In this document: piece after piece, positions 29,809-32,000 of the stretch
Numbering within the stretch: the stretch's first letter is position 1
Layout of the letters: the number at the start of each line of letters is the position of its first letter
Assembly (NCBI RefSeq): GCF_001468035.1
Contig: NZ_LNZA01000001.1
Span: forward strand, 1,275,313-1,307,312
From: Legionella tucsonensis
GTDB taxonomy: Bacteria > Pseudomonadota > Gammaproteobacteria > Legionellales > Legionellaceae
Length of the DNA: 32,000 nt
Reading direction: 5' to 3'
Position numbers and translations under genes: made by a program
Notes under the pieces: model-generated
The model's database searches: none
Told to the model about the DNA's origin: nothing
What the model saw: only the letters and a program-made list of their open reading frames with translations

Positions 29809-30172
29809 ATGATTCATAAGTATCAAAAATCATTAGTCATTAATTATGTTCGTGTTGCTTTTTTATTAGGTATTACCAAAGGCTTAAAGGCATACATACT
29901 TACAAGAATTAGACGAATTAAGAGGCCTTGATGAGCAACAAAAAGATGTGGCTTTATTTGTGGAAAGTGTTGATGCTAATAAATATAGTGAACTCTATAC
30001 GAATTATTTAAAACCACTTTTATTTTTTGCAAAAATTTTTGAACAGGTTAAATCGTTTCCTCCTATTCCCGTTTCTAAAAATCAAGCCAGTTTCTTTAAT
30101 ACTGAAGTCGCGACTTTGATAACAAGTCAGGTAGGTATGGACAATACTCAGGATACAGTGTCTAACCCATAA
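29809..30172 (+). other. Pair of overlapping short ORFs, possibly one frameshifted gene
   Basis: 29809-29931 gives MIHKYQKSLVINYVRVAFLLGITKGLKAYILTRIRRIKRP*. The +1 frame is open from about 29894 to 30172 (LQELDELRGLDEQQKDVALFVESVDANKYSELYTNYL...). Confidence 0.4.
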
Positions 30173-30240
30173 TCCGCTTATTTTTTAAGGAAACAATAAT
30201 AACAACAGAGAACACGTTAACGATTAAAATAAGGTGTTCT

Positions 30241-30456
30241 ATGAAAAAAGCATTATTTCTAATTGCATTTCTATTTCAATCAACAAGTTTTGCTTATATT
30301 TATGGGGAAACTGGTGATCAAGAACTTGATTCTTTAGCTTATAGAATGCAACAACAAGATATTGAGGACAGGCTTTACGCCATTGAGTCTAATCAAAGAA
30401 GCGATGAACAACAACAATGGGAAAAAGATTTATTTGATGCAGTTAATAATCGTTAA
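30241..30456 (+). CDS. Small exported hypothetical protein
   Basis: Signal peptide MKKALFLIAFLFQSTSFA then a short Gln/Glu/Asp-rich mature region (YGETGDQELDSLAYRMQQQDIEDRLYAIESNQRSDEQQQWEKDLFDAVNNR). Confidence 0.6.
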   Translation: MKKALFLIAFLFQSTSFAYIYGETGDQELDSLAYRMQQQDIEDRLYAIESNQRSDEQQQWEKDLFDAVNNR

Positions 30457-30666
30457 ACAATCAATGCAATCTCATTGGATACAATAAGATCCTTTATTCC
30501 AGGAGAGCAATCTACATCCATGACGTTATATATGAATCACCGTCATTGCAAGCACCTTAAAAGTTTATCTCGCGCTGAGTTTTGAAACAGACTTTAAAAA
30601 GCAAGTTGACTCTATTAAAAAGTCAGCTCAAGAGATAGAGGAACAACAAACACCCCCTCAAGCTTC

Positions 30667-30715
30667 CGAATCCACTAGGTCTGATTATCAAAATAATCAG
30701 ACCTAGTGGATTCGT
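30667..30715. repeat. Perfect 22-bp inverted repeat with 5-nt spacer
   Basis: CGAATCCACTAGGTCTGATTAT (30667-30688), CAAAA, ATAATCAGACCTAGTGGATTCG (30694-30715). Confidence 0.95.
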
Positions 30716-30773
30716 CTTACTATCACCTACTTGCGATGTGTTTGATGTTCCATTGGCTGCATAAAGAAAATAA

Positions 30774-32000
30774 TCAGATAAGAATATTTTTTTTAATATA
30801 ACTTCCCGCAGGTTTCAAGTTGGTATCAACCCATGGACCATTGGAACATGTGCCTGTTTTCCAAACGGCACCTGAAAGTGAATCATCAGAATAATTCCAA
30901 TTAATCCAGCTAATTTTCTTTTGGGAAAATAACTGCAAATATCTATCGGCCATAGCAAAGTCATTAGCACCACCGCCTGAATAAGTTTGCGTACCAAATT
31001 CAGTGACAAAAATAGGTAACGAATTAGAGGCTTTGTCAACTTCATTCAGATAATTATCGCGATGTGATGCTGCATAAAAATGGAAGGTGTACATAATATT
31101 GGAATGATTAAGCGGATTATTGATGATATCTTGTGATGATCTACCATCCGAAACACCCAATGAACTCCATCCAGCCGTACCAACCAAAATAATCGTTTTA
31201 TTATCAATCGTACGAATAACGGGGATTAAGGCGTCAGCATAACTTTTAATGCTACTCCAAGAAACTCCGTTGGGCTCGTTAGCAATTTCATAAAACAAAT
31301 TATTATTATTTTTGTGTGCTGTTGCGATGGCAGTAAAGAATGTTTTTGCTTTGGAGAGATTCACATTTGGATCTCCTGGCGTTAAGATGTGCCAATCAAC
31401 AATCACATAAATACCACGTCTAGTTGCTTCATCGATAAGCGCATTCACTTGGTTAGTAAATGCAGTGGGGTTTGTTTCGTAACCACCTTCTTGTACATAC
31501 ATAGAAATACGCATGATACTTGCTTTCCATGTATTAGCTAAGATATCTAGTGAAGCCGTGGTTAAACAAGCTTTTCCTGTATTACTTCCTTGCCAACCAT
31601 ACCATTGAATACCATGTGAACTCATACCTTTTAGTTGAATAGTTTGGTTGTGTTCATTACATAGTTGCGTGCCGCATACATGTAATTGTCCATTTCGCGA
31701 TACAGGCGTGTCTGAACTGTCAGCAGTGAGTGTAATATTTTCGATTGCACCATTCTCAACAGTCAAAGGTTGAGGATTAAAAGTGGTGGTATAGCCTGAT
31801 ACTGCGTTTGCAGAAACGGTATAAATAGTTCCTGTGGTAAGTGAAACAGCTTTAGAACCAGTTCCATTTGTTAATGGAATGTTTTGGGTAATAGGGGTTG
31901 TTGTATTATTTGGCGTTAAAGTAACTTGTAGCGAACTCAAGGTGGTAGGTGCACCTTTCACACTAAAGGTGACAAGACTTTGTGCCACTTGAGTGCAACG
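30774..32000 (-). CDS. GH5-family glycoside hydrolase (cellulase-like), 5' end beyond the window
   Basis: QIQLKGMSSHGIQWYG, RRGIYVIVDWHI, NNLFYEIANEPNGVSW (acid/base Glu), LPIFVTEFGTQTY (nucleophile Glu), ISWINWNYSD. N-terminal Thr/Ser-rich beta-type module. Frame is open through the window edge. Confidence 0.92.
   Translation of the reverse strand, partial: RCTQVAQSLVTFSVKGAPTTLSSLQVTLTPNNTTTPITQNIPLTNGTGSKAVSLTTGTIYTVSANAVSGYTTTFNPQPLTVENGAIENITLTADSSDTPVSRNGQLHVCGTQLCNEHNQTIQLKGMSSHGIQWYGWQGSNTGKACLTTASLDILANTWKASIMRISMYVQEGGYETNPTAFTNQVNALIDEATRRGIYVIVDWHILTPGDPNVNLSKAKTFFTAIATAHKNNNNLFYEIANEPNGVSWSSIKSYADALIPVIRTIDNKTIILVGTAGWSSLGVSDGRSSQDIINNPLNHSNIMYTFHFYAASHRDNYLNEVDKASNSLPIFVTEFGTQTYSGGGANDFAMADRYLQLFSQKKISWINWNYSDDSLSGAVWKTGTCSNGPWVDTNLKPAGSYIKKNILI

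Noticed and set aside
30540-30710. Open frame LKVYLALSFETDFKKQVDSIKKSAQEIEEQQTPPQASESTRSDYQNNQT upstream of the 22-bp inverted repeat
   Set aside because: It looks coding-like but lacks a start and I cannot assign a family. It could be a gene remnant, but support is too weak for a feature.
1-32000. CRISPR arrays, toxin-antitoxin or phage-defense operon
   Set aside because: No regularly spaced direct repeats, no Cas, restriction-modification or retron-like proteins seen. MutH is a mismatch-repair enzyme, not a defense nuclease.

Overview
This 32 kb AT-rich window is chromosomal DNA whose gene content looks like a Legionella-type gammaproteobacterium. That assignment is inferred from protein content only. 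A conserved core sits on the left: FmdB-family zinc-ribbon protein, DUF502 membrane protein, aspS, a large MscS-family channel and mutH. The rest is patchier and includes a SAM hydroxide-adenosyltransferase overlapping an SGNH-type acyltransferase, a phasin-like protein with a histone-H1-like tail, an amidase, a CpxP/Spy-like protein, a GH37 trehalase, an NAD-dependent formate dehydrogenase and a second acyltransferase followed by a possible SAM-fold protein. It also holds three unknown small proteins, a Na/Ca exchanger, a DadA-like oxidase, a GNAT acetyltransferase, an FAD-monooxygenase/ankyrin fusion and a GH5 glycosidase cut by the window edge. I see no CRISPR array, tRNA, rRNA or clear defense operon. 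The best candidate for something new is the FAD-monooxygenase-ankyrin fusion (27545-29494, minus). It ends in an acidic E-rich tail and lies next to a decayed serine-recombinase fragment, so it looks like a host-targeted effector. Other points of interest are an in-frame TAG inside the MscS-family gene, a DDE-transposase remnant at 22551-22716, a nonsense-interrupted small secreted ORF at 9103-9318, a perfect 22-bp inverted repeat at 30667-30715, a PAS-receiver protein lacking a kinase core and an apparently exported SAM hydrolase.
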